Source of the DNA: Balneolaceae bacterium
Lineage (GTDB): Bacteria; Bacteroidota; Rhodothermia; Balneolales; Balneolaceae
Length of the DNA: 64,000 nt
Assembly: GCA_040882225.1 (NCBI GenBank)
Contig: JBBEBR010000011.1
Location: forward strand, 7,576 to 71,575
Reading direction: 5' to 3'
Positions within the stretch are counted from its first letter, which is position 1. The number at the start of each line of letters is the position of its first letter. Shown in pieces: positions 28,595-37,617 of this stretch. The notes below the pieces were generated by a model, which searched no databases, had not been told where the DNA came from, and saw nothing but the letters and a program-made list of their open reading frames with translations. The translations under genes were made by a program, and so were the position numbers.

Positions 28595-29758
28595 TCAACT
28601 TCTTTTTACCTCATCCGAAAAAACAGAGGGCTGCGGCTTTCTGAGGTTATATTCACTTCTCATTACCTCTCCATAAGCGCCGGCACTGCGTATTGCAATG
28701 AGGTCGCCCCGCTTAACTTCAGGAATTTCAACATCCGTTCTGAAGGTGTCAGAACTTTCGCAAATTGGGCCAACCACATCATAGGTTTTTTGTGGCAAGG
28801 AGCTGGTTAATACATCAATGCGGTGCTTGGCCTGGTAAAGCGCCGGGCGGATGAGCTCGGTCATACCGGCGTCGACCACCGCAAAATTTTTGGCGCGCCC
28901 AGATTTTGTAAATAAAACACGGGTAATTAAACTTCCTGATTGGCCTACAATCGAGCGCCCAAGTTCAAAATGCAGTTTTTGGTGTTTTTTTAGTTTGATG
29001 TGATCTTCAAATAACCCAAAATATTTTTCAAAATCCGGTATCGAATGTTGATTGGGGAAGTCATAATCGATTCCAAATCCGCCGCCAACATTGATAACTG
29101 TCAACCTGAAACCTTTATCTTCTATATAATTATTGAGTTCATTTGCCTTGGCACATAATTTTTCAAAAGGCTCAAAATTCTCGATTTGAGAACCAATATG
29201 AAAATGTATTCCAATCAGCTCAAGGTTTTTTAGATTTGGAAGATTTTCTAAAACGGAGTCTAAATCTTCTTCATTTATACCAAACTTGTTTTCGTTTAAG
29301 CCGGTGGTAATATATTTATGAGTATCGGCTTTCACATTGGGATTCAACCTTAGTGCGATCCGAGCTTTTTTACCTTGCTTGGCAGCTAAAGAATTTATCA
29401 CTTCCAGCTCTTGGGGAGACTCACCGTTGAAGCAAAAAATATCGTGTTTTAGTGCAAGTTCTATTTCCTCATCACTTTTCCCGACGCCGGCAAATGCGAT
29501 CTGTTCGGGTGAAAATCCACTTTCGAGAGCACGTTCAATTTCACCCCCGCTAACGCAATCCGCACCAAGCCCCGCTTCTTTGATGGTCTTTAAAATCCGG
29601 GATTTGTTATTGGCTTTCAGCGCAAAATGAATATGAAACCCTTTCGATAATCCATGTTTTTTTACCAACTCCAGGGTTTGGCGAAGAACGTCTTCATCAT
29701 AGAAATAAAAGGGAGTTTGTTGATTTTCGAAATAGGAGGTGACTTCAGAAGGAAACAT
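28595..29758 (-). CDS. lysA: Diaminopimelate decarboxylase
   Basis: TPFYFYD, FALKAN, DCVSGGEI, HFHIGSQ, INVGGGFGIDY, FELGRS, GPICESSD, AGAYG. Confidence 0.95.
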   Translation of the reverse strand: MFPSEVTSYFENQQTPFYFYDEDVLRQTLELVKKHGLSKGFHIHFALKANNKSRILKTIKEAGLGADCVSGGEIERALESGFSPEQIAFAGVGKSDEEIELALKHDIFCFNGESPQELEVINSLAAKQGKKARIALRLNPNVKADTHKYITTGLNENKFGINEEDLDSVLENLPNLKNLELIGIHFHIGSQIENFEPFEKLCAKANELNNYIEDKGFRLTVINVGGGFGIDYDFPNQHSIPDFEKYFGLFEDHIKLKKHQKLHFELGRSIVGQSGSLITRVLFTKSGRAKNFAVVDAGMTELIRPALYQAKHRIDVLTSSLPQKTYDVVGPICESSDTFRTDVEIPEVKRGDLIAIRSAGAYGEVMRSEYNLRKPQPSVFSDEVKRS

Positions 29759-29981
29759 TTGAAAATTTTAGTGAGTGATTCGCAAGTTAAATTTAAATGT
29801 CTCAAAAGATACGATTTCAAATGCATGATTTTGTATAAACATGAAAAAGAAACTTCACCCAAGATTAATCAGATAATAATACCTTTGGATAATCCGTCTC
29901 ATTAAAATACAGTTTGTATCATGAATTTCGATACAGATCAGTTTTGCCAAACAAAAATTATTAATTGGGAAACAGGATAAG

Positions 29982-30644
29982 ATGTATTCTAAAAAAGATG
30001 ACTTTGTGTTAACGGGAAATAAGTATGAGTTACCGGAAGCGATAGAGGGATGTAAAGGGATGAATCTCGGTGGACATCAAGTTCGCTCCATACTGCTAAG
30101 TACCGATTTAAGTTATATTCTCAATTTGAAAGCAGATGCGATAATGGTGATAAATCCATTTGAAAAATCTGAGCATCTCAATAAAGCGATCACCAGCCTC
30201 AGTAAAAAACCTGTGCTTTGTGATATTGGCGGCGGTTTTTTGAAAGAAGAGCTTACTATAAAACTTTCGAAAAGTGCATTCGAATTTGGAGCTGCCGGCG
30301 TGGTGATTTCAAAACCTACCTCTTACATAACCATTCAAAAAATCAGAGATCAAATTTCTGGGCCATTGATTTACACGGTTATGTTTGCAGAAGAAAAATT
30401 CAGCGAATTGGCTGGCGCAGGGGTGGATATTTTCAATGTTTCCACCGGGGAGACAACAGCAGAAACGGTAGCTGAAATACGAAGCGAGTTTCCCGAAATC
30501 CCAATAATGGCAAATGGCGGGCCGTATGATTCTACCATTTATGAGACCATAGAAAATGGCGCCGATGCAATTGTTTTCAATCCACCCACAGCTACTGAAA
30601 TGCTGCGTTCCATCTTTGATGGATATAGAATTAACAGGGGCTGA
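29982..30644 (+). CDS. Uncharacterised TIM-barrel protein (phosphate/FMN-binding type)
   Basis: IGGG, GAAGVV, GVDIFNVS, PIMANGG, GADAIV beta-alpha repeats. Confidence 0.65.
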   Translation: MYSKKDDFVLTGNKYELPEAIEGCKGMNLGGHQVRSILLSTDLSYILNLKADAIMVINPFEKSEHLNKAITSLSKKPVLCDIGGGFLKEELTIKLSKSAFEFGAAGVVISKPTSYITIQKIRDQISGPLIYTVMFAEEKFSELAGAGVDIFNVSTGETTAETVAEIRSEFPEIPIMANGGPYDSTIYETIENGADAIVFNPPTATEMLRSIFDGYRINRG

Positions 30645-30750
30645 GAATATTTAATTACTCTAAAAATGAAAAGATTTGTATATGGAATGTTGCTGCCAAA
30701 AAGTTTATTCTGTTCACTTTCATAACAGAAATTAACAGATAGAGTTTTAG

Positions 30751-32907
30751 ATGGATGTTTTTACCTCTGCACCTCATCATGATGTATTAGTACTTGTAAT
30801 TCAGATTGGGGTTCTTCTTTTTGTTGCACGGGCATTAGGGGAAATTGCTCAAAGGCTAAAACAACCTGCTGTTGTTGGGGAAATTTTAGCGGGTATTTTA
30901 TTAGGACCTTCTTTATTAGCGGGATTTGTTCCCGAGATAGGGGAATGGATTGTTCCTCAAAATGAAACACAAGGTTATCTCTTAGAGGTAGTAAGCTTAA
31001 TCGGTGCCATGTTTCTGCTGCTTATTACCGGGCTTGAAACTGACATCCGCCTTATTAAACGTCATGCGAGAACAGCAATAGGCGTTTCTTTTGGGGGTAT
31101 TATAGTCACCTTCGCAACTGGCTTTCTTTTAGGACAAAATCTACCTGATTTTTTACTTGCTGATAATAATGAACGGCTGGTTTTTTCCTTGTTTGTGGCA
31201 ACGGCAATGTCAATTTCTGCAATCCCCGTTATTGCTAAAGTTCTGATGGATCTGAATTTAATGCGGCGTGATGTCGGCCAGACGATTATTGCGGCCGGTA
31301 TGAGTGACGACACCATTGGCTGGATGCTATTGTCGGTTGTTGCAGGTTTGGCAAGTGGAGAAGCGGTTACTGCCGGTAGTGTTATGTATATAGTTGGCAG
31401 TGTGGTGGCTTTTATGCTACTGAGCTTTACAGTTGGCCGCTGGCTGTTAAAAAAGGTGCTCACTTATGTTCAGGATGAAGTTAAAAGCCACGACAGGCTG
31501 CTAACTCTTGTAGTTGTATGTACATTTTTATGGGGGGCTATAACCCAGGCACTGAACCTGGAAGCTGTACTTGGAGCATTTGTAATCGGTATCCTATTTG
31601 GAACGATGCCCCGCCTTCCTGATGAAGTTCATCATAAATTGGAAAGCATAGCACTTGGAATTTTTGCCCCGATATTTTTTGCCGTAGCAGGACTGAAAGT
31701 GAATGTGCTGAATTTATTTGAACCGGCTTTGTTAGTGATTACGATAGTTGTGATTTTCATAGCTACATTCGGGAAAGTTTTAGGAACTTATTTAGGTGCC
31801 CGATTTATTGGCGGGAAAGATCACTGGACATCATTGAGTTTTGGTGCAGGCTTAAATGCCCGTGGTGCTATGGAAATAATTATTGCAACAATTGGGCTTA
31901 GGCTTGGAATTCTTTCTCAGGATATGTTTTCCATAATTGTGGTGATGGCAATGACCACTTCACTGATGGCACCTTCCGCACTAAAATGGGTGCTAAAGCG
32001 GGTTAAGCCGGGCAAGGAAGAAGAAGACCGCCTCAAAAAAGAAGAATTGGAAGCTGACAGCCTCATTGCGGATATTCACCGGGTTCTATTGCCGGTGCGC
32101 CGACGGGAATCTATGCCCGAATCACTTTCTACTCAGTCGATAGAAGCACAAATTTTAGCGCTTCTGGGTAATAAAAATATGCTGTCAATTACTTTAATGA
32201 CAGTTGCTCAGGAAGGTAATAAACAAGAAAGTGAAAAATACCTGGATGAACTTGGAGATTTATTTGAGGGAGTTGAAATCACAAAAAAGATTGTAGAAGG
32301 TAAAAACCCGGCTAACTTAATTCTCGATGAAGCTCAAAAAGATTATGACCTTCTGATATTGGGAGCCACCGAGAAGGAAGTAGGTAGAAGACATCTTTTT
32401 AGCCCCTTTATAGATTATATGGTTCGGGTGGCGCCATGCCCAACAATGGTAGTACAGCCGGGAGGGAAGTTTACGGAGTGGAGCCCAAGAAGAATTTTGG
32501 TGCCTACCAATGGAACAGCTGCTTCAAAAAATGCGGCAGAGCTTGGTTTTTCTCTCGCTCAAAGCAATACTATTATTGAAGTTACCGGAATACACGCCTT
32601 AGTAGAGGAACGTTCACATAACCGGCCATTCCGAATTAATAAGGAAAATGACCAGTCTGAAATTGCTTCCGAAATTGCCAAAGAGTTTAAAAAGCTGGGT
32701 GAAGCTTTTAAAGTAAAAACAGATGGTGTGGTGCAGGTAGGGGAAGATCCGGAAAGCGTAATACTCGAATTCTCAAAGAAAAACAGAATGGATTTGATTA
32801 TTCTTGGAACCAATATCAGGCCGGGTTCCAATCGGCTCTATCTGGGGCAACGGGTAGAAAATATCCTTTCTGATGCTCGATGCCCTGTAATTGTTTTCAA
32901 TGCATAA
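30751..32907 (+). CDS. Cation:proton antiporter (CPA2) fused to two universal-stress (USP) domains
   Basis: QPAVVGEILAGILLGPS, GLETD, SISAIPVIAKVL, GLNARGAME; then RVLLPV...DLLILGAT and RILVPTNG...DLIILGT...ARCPVIV. Confidence 0.9.
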   Translation: MDVFTSAPHHDVLVLVIQIGVLLFVARALGEIAQRLKQPAVVGEILAGILLGPSLLAGFVPEIGEWIVPQNETQGYLLEVVSLIGAMFLLLITGLETDIRLIKRHARTAIGVSFGGIIVTFATGFLLGQNLPDFLLADNNERLVFSLFVATAMSISAIPVIAKVLMDLNLMRRDVGQTIIAAGMSDDTIGWMLLSVVAGLASGEAVTAGSVMYIVGSVVAFMLLSFTVGRWLLKKVLTYVQDEVKSHDRLLTLVVVCTFLWGAITQALNLEAVLGAFVIGILFGTMPRLPDEVHHKLESIALGIFAPIFFAVAGLKVNVLNLFEPALLVITIVVIFIATFGKVLGTYLGARFIGGKDHWTSLSFGAGLNARGAMEIIIATIGLRLGILSQDMFSIIVVMAMTTSLMAPSALKWVLKRVKPGKEEEDRLKKEELEADSLIADIHRVLLPVRRRESMPESLSTQSIEAQILALLGNKNMLSITLMTVAQEGNKQESEKYLDELGDLFEGVEITKKIVEGKNPANLILDEAQKDYDLLILGATEKEVGRRHLFSPFIDYMVRVAPCPTMVVQPGGKFTEWSPRRILVPTNGTAASKNAAELGFSLAQSNTIIEVTGIHALVEERSHNRPFRINKENDQSEIASEIAKEFKKLGEAFKVKTDGVVQVGEDPESVILEFSKKNRMDLIILGTNIRPGSNRLYLGQRVENILSDARCPVIVFNA

Positions 32908-33074
32908 AAAGATTATTTATCAGGCAGTTTCTTTACCTGATGTTTTTTAGCTTTTACTCGAACATGAAATAATAATGTAATAATAGAATATTTAATTTCG
33001 GGGCATATCTATAAGCTATTGTGGGAGCCTTTCATTATAGAAATCGCTTTTTAAGTTAAAGACTAAGACACTTC

Positions 33075-35189
33075 ATGAAGCATAAGAAATTAGCAAAAGA
33101 ACTCAGTTTATTTGATGTATACGCTATCAGTACCGGAGCTATGTTTAGTTCAGGTTTCTTTTTACTACCTGGGTTAGCCAGCGCAGTATCAGGTCCGGCA
33201 GTAGTATTAGCATATCTAATAGGGGGTATAATGGTGCTTCCTGCAATGCTTAGCGCAGCAGAACTTTCTACTGCAATGCCGAGAGCAGGAGGCCCCTATT
33301 ACTTTCTGGACAGAAGTCTCGGCCCTATGATTGGCACTATTGGGGGACTTGGCACTTGGTTCGCCCTCATCTTTAAAAGTGCATTTGCATTAATTGGGAT
33401 GGGAGCATACCTCGCTATATTTGTTGATCTTCCCATAAAACCAGTGGCGATAAGCCTCACTTTGTTCTTTATGTTCATGAATATTGTTGGAGTAAAAAAA
33501 ACCAGCGGCTTACAGGGTTTCTTAGTTGTTGTGCTTGTCACAATTCTCATCTTTTTTGTGGTGCAGGGGCTGTTTGATATTTTTTCTACGGGATTTGAGG
33601 AAGTAAACCAAAATCAATTTATCCCTTTCATGCCATTCGGTTATGAAGGGTTAATCTCTACAGTTGGCCTTATTTTTGTTTCCTATGCAGGACTTACACA
33701 AGTGGCAAGTGTAGCTGAAGAAGTTCAGAATCCTGATAGAAATATTCCTCTTGGAATGATTTTATCATTACTAACAGCGACCATTATTTATGTATTGGGT
33801 GTGTATGTAATGGTAGGTGTGTTAGATGCCGAAGCTCTTCGTGAAGACCTAACTCCGGTAGCCACTGCAGCCCAAGTTATGATGGACTGGCTGCCTTATG
33901 GGATCGGATTGATTTTAGTGGTGATTGCGGCAATTGCAGCTTTTGCTTCCACAGGAAATGCGGGCATTATGTCGGCAGCTCGCTATCCACTTGCTATGGC
34001 AAGAGATAAACTGCTATGGAAGCCATTTACCAAAATTGGACGTTTCGAAACCCCAACAACAGCGATTGTTGTTACAGCAGGAGTCATGATTTTCTTCATC
34101 CTGGTGCTCAATGTTGCAGATATAGCTAAACTTGCCAGTGCCTTCATGCTTTTAATCTTTGGATTTCTGAACCTGGCAGTGATAATTATGCGTGAAAGTA
34201 AAATTGAAGAATATGATCCGGGTTTTCACTCTCCTTTTTATCCGTGGACTCAGGTTGCCGGCATGCTGATTACAATCTGGCTAATTTCAGAAATGGGCAT
34301 TATTTCAGTGTTATTTACAATGCTGATGATCATAGCCTGCATGGTCTACTACTACTATTTTGCTTATAAGCATGTAAAACGGGAAGGAGCTATTTATCAT
34401 GTACACGCACGTTTAGGGCAACGCCGTGATGAAGGCTTGGAACATGAAATGCGCAATATTCTGAGGGAGAAAGGCCTCCGAGATGAAGATCCATACGAAG
34501 AGGTAGTATCAAGAGCCGGCGTAATGGATGTATCGGGAGTAATGAATTATAGCGAGATTGTTAACGAAGCTAGCCGGCTATTTGAGGAAAAACTCAATAC
34601 TCCCGCAAATGAACTTTACGAAGCTTTCACTCAGTTTGACGAAAATTCCATAATTCCTATCGCTGATGGGGTTGCCTTAAATCATTCCCGTATCGATAAA
34701 GATGTATTGCCAGAAATGGTATTGGTGCGCGTTCATAATGGATTAGTAGTAGATAATGAGAAAAATAAAGAATTCAGCAGCAGAGGTGGCGATAAACTAC
34801 ACAGTATAATCTTCTTGCTGAGTCCTCAAAATAATTCAGGCCAGCACTTACGGATTATCGCACAAATTGCGGAGATGGTGGGAAGTAAATCTTATCTACA
34901 AAGATGGCTGAGTGCCGAAAATAAAGGAGAACTACGAGAGATTCTCTTAAGAGATGAGCGTTTCATTCATCTTAATTTGAGTTATAATGACAAGACGAAA
35001 GAGTTCATAGGCCAAATGGTGAAAGACATCAACCTTCCGGGACAAAGTCTAATCACGATTATCAGAAGAGGTGGGCAAATTAAAATACCTCACGGAATCA
35101 CAGTGCTTCAGGAAGGGGATGAACTTTCGATAATCGGAGAACTTGAGGATATTAAATCTCTCAATTTTATGCTCTCTAAAAAGGGATAG
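33075..35189 (+). CDS. APC-family amino acid permease fused to PTS EIIA-like and TrkA-C (RCK_C) domains
   Basis: GAMFSSGFF, ELSTAMPRAGGPYY, EEVQNPDRNIP; GVALNH...QHLRIIAQIA; VKDINLPGQSLITIIRRGG..IPHG.TVLQEGD.L. Confidence 0.85.
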   Translation: MKHKKLAKELSLFDVYAISTGAMFSSGFFLLPGLASAVSGPAVVLAYLIGGIMVLPAMLSAAELSTAMPRAGGPYYFLDRSLGPMIGTIGGLGTWFALIFKSAFALIGMGAYLAIFVDLPIKPVAISLTLFFMFMNIVGVKKTSGLQGFLVVVLVTILIFFVVQGLFDIFSTGFEEVNQNQFIPFMPFGYEGLISTVGLIFVSYAGLTQVASVAEEVQNPDRNIPLGMILSLLTATIIYVLGVYVMVGVLDAEALREDLTPVATAAQVMMDWLPYGIGLILVVIAAIAAFASTGNAGIMSAARYPLAMARDKLLWKPFTKIGRFETPTTAIVVTAGVMIFFILVLNVADIAKLASAFMLLIFGFLNLAVIIMRESKIEEYDPGFHSPFYPWTQVAGMLITIWLISEMGIISVLFTMLMIIACMVYYYYFAYKHVKREGAIYHVHARLGQRRDEGLEHEMRNILREKGLRDEDPYEEVVSRAGVMDVSGVMNYSEIVNEASRLFEEKLNTPANELYEAFTQFDENSIIPIADGVALNHSRIDKDVLPEMVLVRVHNGLVVDNEKNKEFSSRGGDKLHSIIFLLSPQNNSGQHLRIIAQIAEMVGSKSYLQRWLSAENKGELREILLRDERFIHLNLSYNDKTKEFIGQMVKDINLPGQSLITIIRRGGQIKIPHGITVLQEGDELSIIGELEDIKSLNFMLSKKG

Positions 35190-35239
35190 AATGTAGCGTG
35201 GTTTTGATATAATACTGAAGCCAAACAGCTGAAGCTTAC

Positions 35240-36496
35240 CTACCTCAACCTCTCAACAATCTCATCAAAGCTGAGCTGAGCTTCTTCACTCTCCTTCATA
35301 TTTCGGAGGGTAAATTTGCCTTGCTCCAGTTCATTATCACCAATTATTACTGTGTAACGGGCATTTTCCCGGTTGGCATCCTTCATCTGTGCTTTCATCG
35401 AGCGCCCGAGATAATCCATAGTGGCAGATAATCCCGCTTCTCTTGTTTTGGGAAGATGAGTAAGTGCCCATTTTCGTGCGGCATCACCTAAAGTCACAAA
35501 ATAAACATCCACAAATTTTTCTTCAGCAAGGGTGATGTCAAGTTCTACACAGGCAATGAGTAAACGTTCCATTCCGGCTGCAAATCCTACGGCGGGAGTG
35601 GGTTGGCCGCCGATCTCTTCAACGAGTAAGTCATACCGTCCGCCACCAGCCAAAGCATCCTGCGATCCTAAATCCGGGCTGATAAGTTCAAAAGCAGTTC
35701 TTGTGTAATAATCCATTCCCCTGACAAGATAGGGATCGAGTGTATAGTTGATTTTTAGTTCATCGAGATATTCCCGCACTTTCTCGAAATGCTGAGTGGA
35801 TTCTTCATTTAAGAAGTCCTGAATAACCGGCGCACTTTTTATGAACTCCTGATCTTCCGGTTCTTTTGAATCCAGAATTCGCATCGGATTTTTCTCAAAG
35901 CGTTTTTGTGAAAGTTCACTAAGTTTATCCAGGTTCGGGTTCAGGTATTCTCTGAGTGCTTTTTTATAATTCTCACGGCTTTCAGGATCGCCAACAGAAT
36001 TAAGCTTCAGGTCAAAATTCTTAATCCCAATGCGTTGATAAATGCGAATCATGAACGCAATGCATTCCACATCTGCCACAGGATCATCACTGCCAATTAT
36101 TTCCACTCCAAATTGGTGGAACTGCCGCTGTCGCCCTTTCTGTGGCTTCTCCGCCCGAAACATCGGCCCGATATAATAAAGCTTCTGAGAACCGCCACGC
36201 TGATCCAAATGATGTTCAACAAAAGCCCGAACTACCGGCGCGGTTAATTCCGGCCGCAATACATAATGACTGTCCCCTTTCTGAAAAGCAAAAATCTCTT
36301 TAGAAACAATATCCGTTAACTGTCCGATGCCACGTACAATCAGCTCGGTCTGCTCCATGATGGGAGTTCGAATTTCCTCAAAATTAAACTTAGCGGCTTC
36401 CTCATGAATGATATTTTCTAATGCTCTCCATTTTGGGGATTCATCAGGAAGAATATCAACCATTCCAATGTGGGAGGTATATTTGGGTTTAGCCAT
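35240..36496 (-). CDS. hisS: Histidine--tRNA ligase
   Basis: LRPELTAPVVRA, FRAEKPQKGRQRQFHQFGVE, LVRGMDYYTRT, GGGRYD, GFAAGMERL. Confidence 0.98.
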   Translation of the reverse strand: MAKPKYTSHIGMVDILPDESPKWRALENIIHEEAAKFNFEEIRTPIMEQTELIVRGIGQLTDIVSKEIFAFQKGDSHYVLRPELTAPVVRAFVEHHLDQRGGSQKLYYIGPMFRAEKPQKGRQRQFHQFGVEIIGSDDPVADVECIAFMIRIYQRIGIKNFDLKLNSVGDPESRENYKKALREYLNPNLDKLSELSQKRFEKNPMRILDSKEPEDQEFIKSAPVIQDFLNEESTQHFEKVREYLDELKINYTLDPYLVRGMDYYTRTAFELISPDLGSQDALAGGGRYDLLVEEIGGQPTPAVGFAAGMERLLIACVELDITLAEEKFVDVYFVTLGDAARKWALTHLPKTREAGLSATMDYLGRSMKAQMKDANRENARYTVIIGDNELEQGKFTLRNMKESEEAQLSFDEIVERLR

Positions 36497-36548
36497 GGAG
36501 GTTTTTTGATTAGGTTTATTTTAGTGCGAGTCGATAAAATAACCCTTT

Positions 36549-36704
36549 ATTGTCACTCTGAGCGCTCACAAACTATTTTTTTGGAATAATCTTGAATGCG
36601 AAGAGTCTCAAGTGATGATGAACAATTCCGTTAATTAATAACTTGAGATCCTTCGTGGTTACCAATTTTCCCTTTAAAACTATGTTTGCACTCAGGATGA
36701 CAAT
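36549..36704. repeat. Long REP-like nested hairpin element
   Basis: Outer arms ATTGTCACTCTGAG / CTCAGGATGACAAT; inner arms GCGAAGAGTCTCAAGT (36598-36613) / ACTTGAGATCCTTCG (36641-36655). Confidence 0.7.
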
Positions 36705-36723
36705 GCAAGAGTATCAAAGCCAA

Positions 36724-36764
36724 AGATAAGAGGAGTGGGGGAGAATGTCTTAGGTGAATTTGGT
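36724..36764. repeat. Direct repeat copy A (41 bp, includes 35-bp core)
   Basis: AGATAAGAGGAGTGGGGGAGAATGTCTTAGGTGAATTTGGT, identical to 37425-37465. Confidence 0.95.
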
Positions 36765-36769
36765 AATGA

Positions 36770-37099
36770 TTATTGTATCAATTTGGAAAAAACTTTACTT
36801 ACTTGATTTTTTAAATCAGGTGAAATCTCACCTATAGCTTTTTCTACTATATTTTTTTCCAGGGTAGCTAATTTATGAACTCGAATAATAGAAGGGAGTT
36901 TAAGTCCAAAGTCTTTCCAACTTTCAATATGGATATCATGAACGGAATTATTTATTTGACTTGTAATTCTGCAAACTAAAATATCACCATCTTCAAAATC
37001 ACCAAGAACTAATGCTGGACGTTTTTTAAATGATTTACCATCGGTGAAGGGAAACTTAAGCAAGACGATTTGACCAAAATTCAGTTGATCCATAATCAT
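36770..37099 (-). CDS. PemK/MazF-family toxin
   Basis: GQIVLLKFPFTD...KKRPALVL...ITSQ...GLKLPSIIR..KLATL...IGEI. Confidence 0.85.
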   Translation of the reverse strand: MIMDQLNFGQIVLLKFPFTDGKSFKKRPALVLGDFEDGDILVCRITSQINNSVHDIHIESWKDFGLKLPSIIRVHKLATLEKNIVEKAIGEISPDLKNQVSKVFSKLIQ

Positions 37100-37314
37100 T
37101 AATTATCATAAACGGCATCTGAATCAGCATATCCTTTTAAAAAGTGTTCCTGAGTAGATTTCCTGTATGCAACGTCACCATTTAACTGCTCATCATCAAT
37201 CAATAATATAACCCTTACACTTTTCTTTCGGCTCTCTTTTAATGCAGATTCAAATTTCTTAGGTATCTCGATTCGTTGATTCTTTATTTTCGATTTGAAT
37301 TCTATTGCTTTCAT
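37099..37314 (-). CDS. Putative antitoxin
   Basis: 71 aa, directly upstream of the toxin with TAATG stop/start overlap; MKAIEF...IEIPK N-terminus and acidic YADSDAVYDN tail. Confidence 0.65.
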   Translation of the reverse strand: MKAIEFKSKIKNQRIEIPKKFESALKESRKKSVRVILLIDDEQLNGDVAYRKSTQEHFLKGYADSDAVYDN

Positions 37315-37424
37315 AAGTCTGTCTTTTTCTAAAAAATAGAGAATTTAATCATTAATGTCTTTCGTTAGTTGACTGATAGAGTTTAAATATAGGATTTAGC
37401 TTTGGCCAAAACTGGATTTAGATT

Positions 37425-37465
37425 AGATAAGAGGAGTGGGGGAGAATGTCTTAGGTGAATTTGGT
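37425..37465. repeat. Direct repeat copy B (41 bp)
   Basis: Identical to copy A. Confidence 0.95.
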
Positions 37466-37542
37466 GAGAGTACTGATTATTTACTTTGAGGAAAAACAAG
37501 ATTAGCCTGACTACCATTTTCTTTTCTGTAGATTGTAAAATC

Positions 37543-37615
37543 TGAGTTATAGAAAACTTTTCTATAACTCATTTTTTATAATATATTGAGCTATAGAAAA
37601 TAAGGGCATAACTCA
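37543..37615. promoter_or_regulatory. Tandem palindromic operators upstream of fic
   Basis: Perfect TGAGTTATAGAAAA-C-TTTTCTATAACTCA (37543-37571) and degenerate TGAGCTATAGAAAA-T-AAGGGCATAACTCA (37587-37615). Confidence 0.7.
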
Positions 37616-37617
37616 CG

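Noticed and set aside
29662-29862. Possible lysA leader peptide or lysine riboswitch
   Set aside because: The ORF overlaps lysA out of frame, has no Lys-codon run with an attenuator, and no L-box structure is recognisable.
30679-30700. TGGAATGTTGCTGCC as a sigma54 promoter for the antiporter
   Set aside because: GG-to-GC spacing is not 10 nt on either strand.
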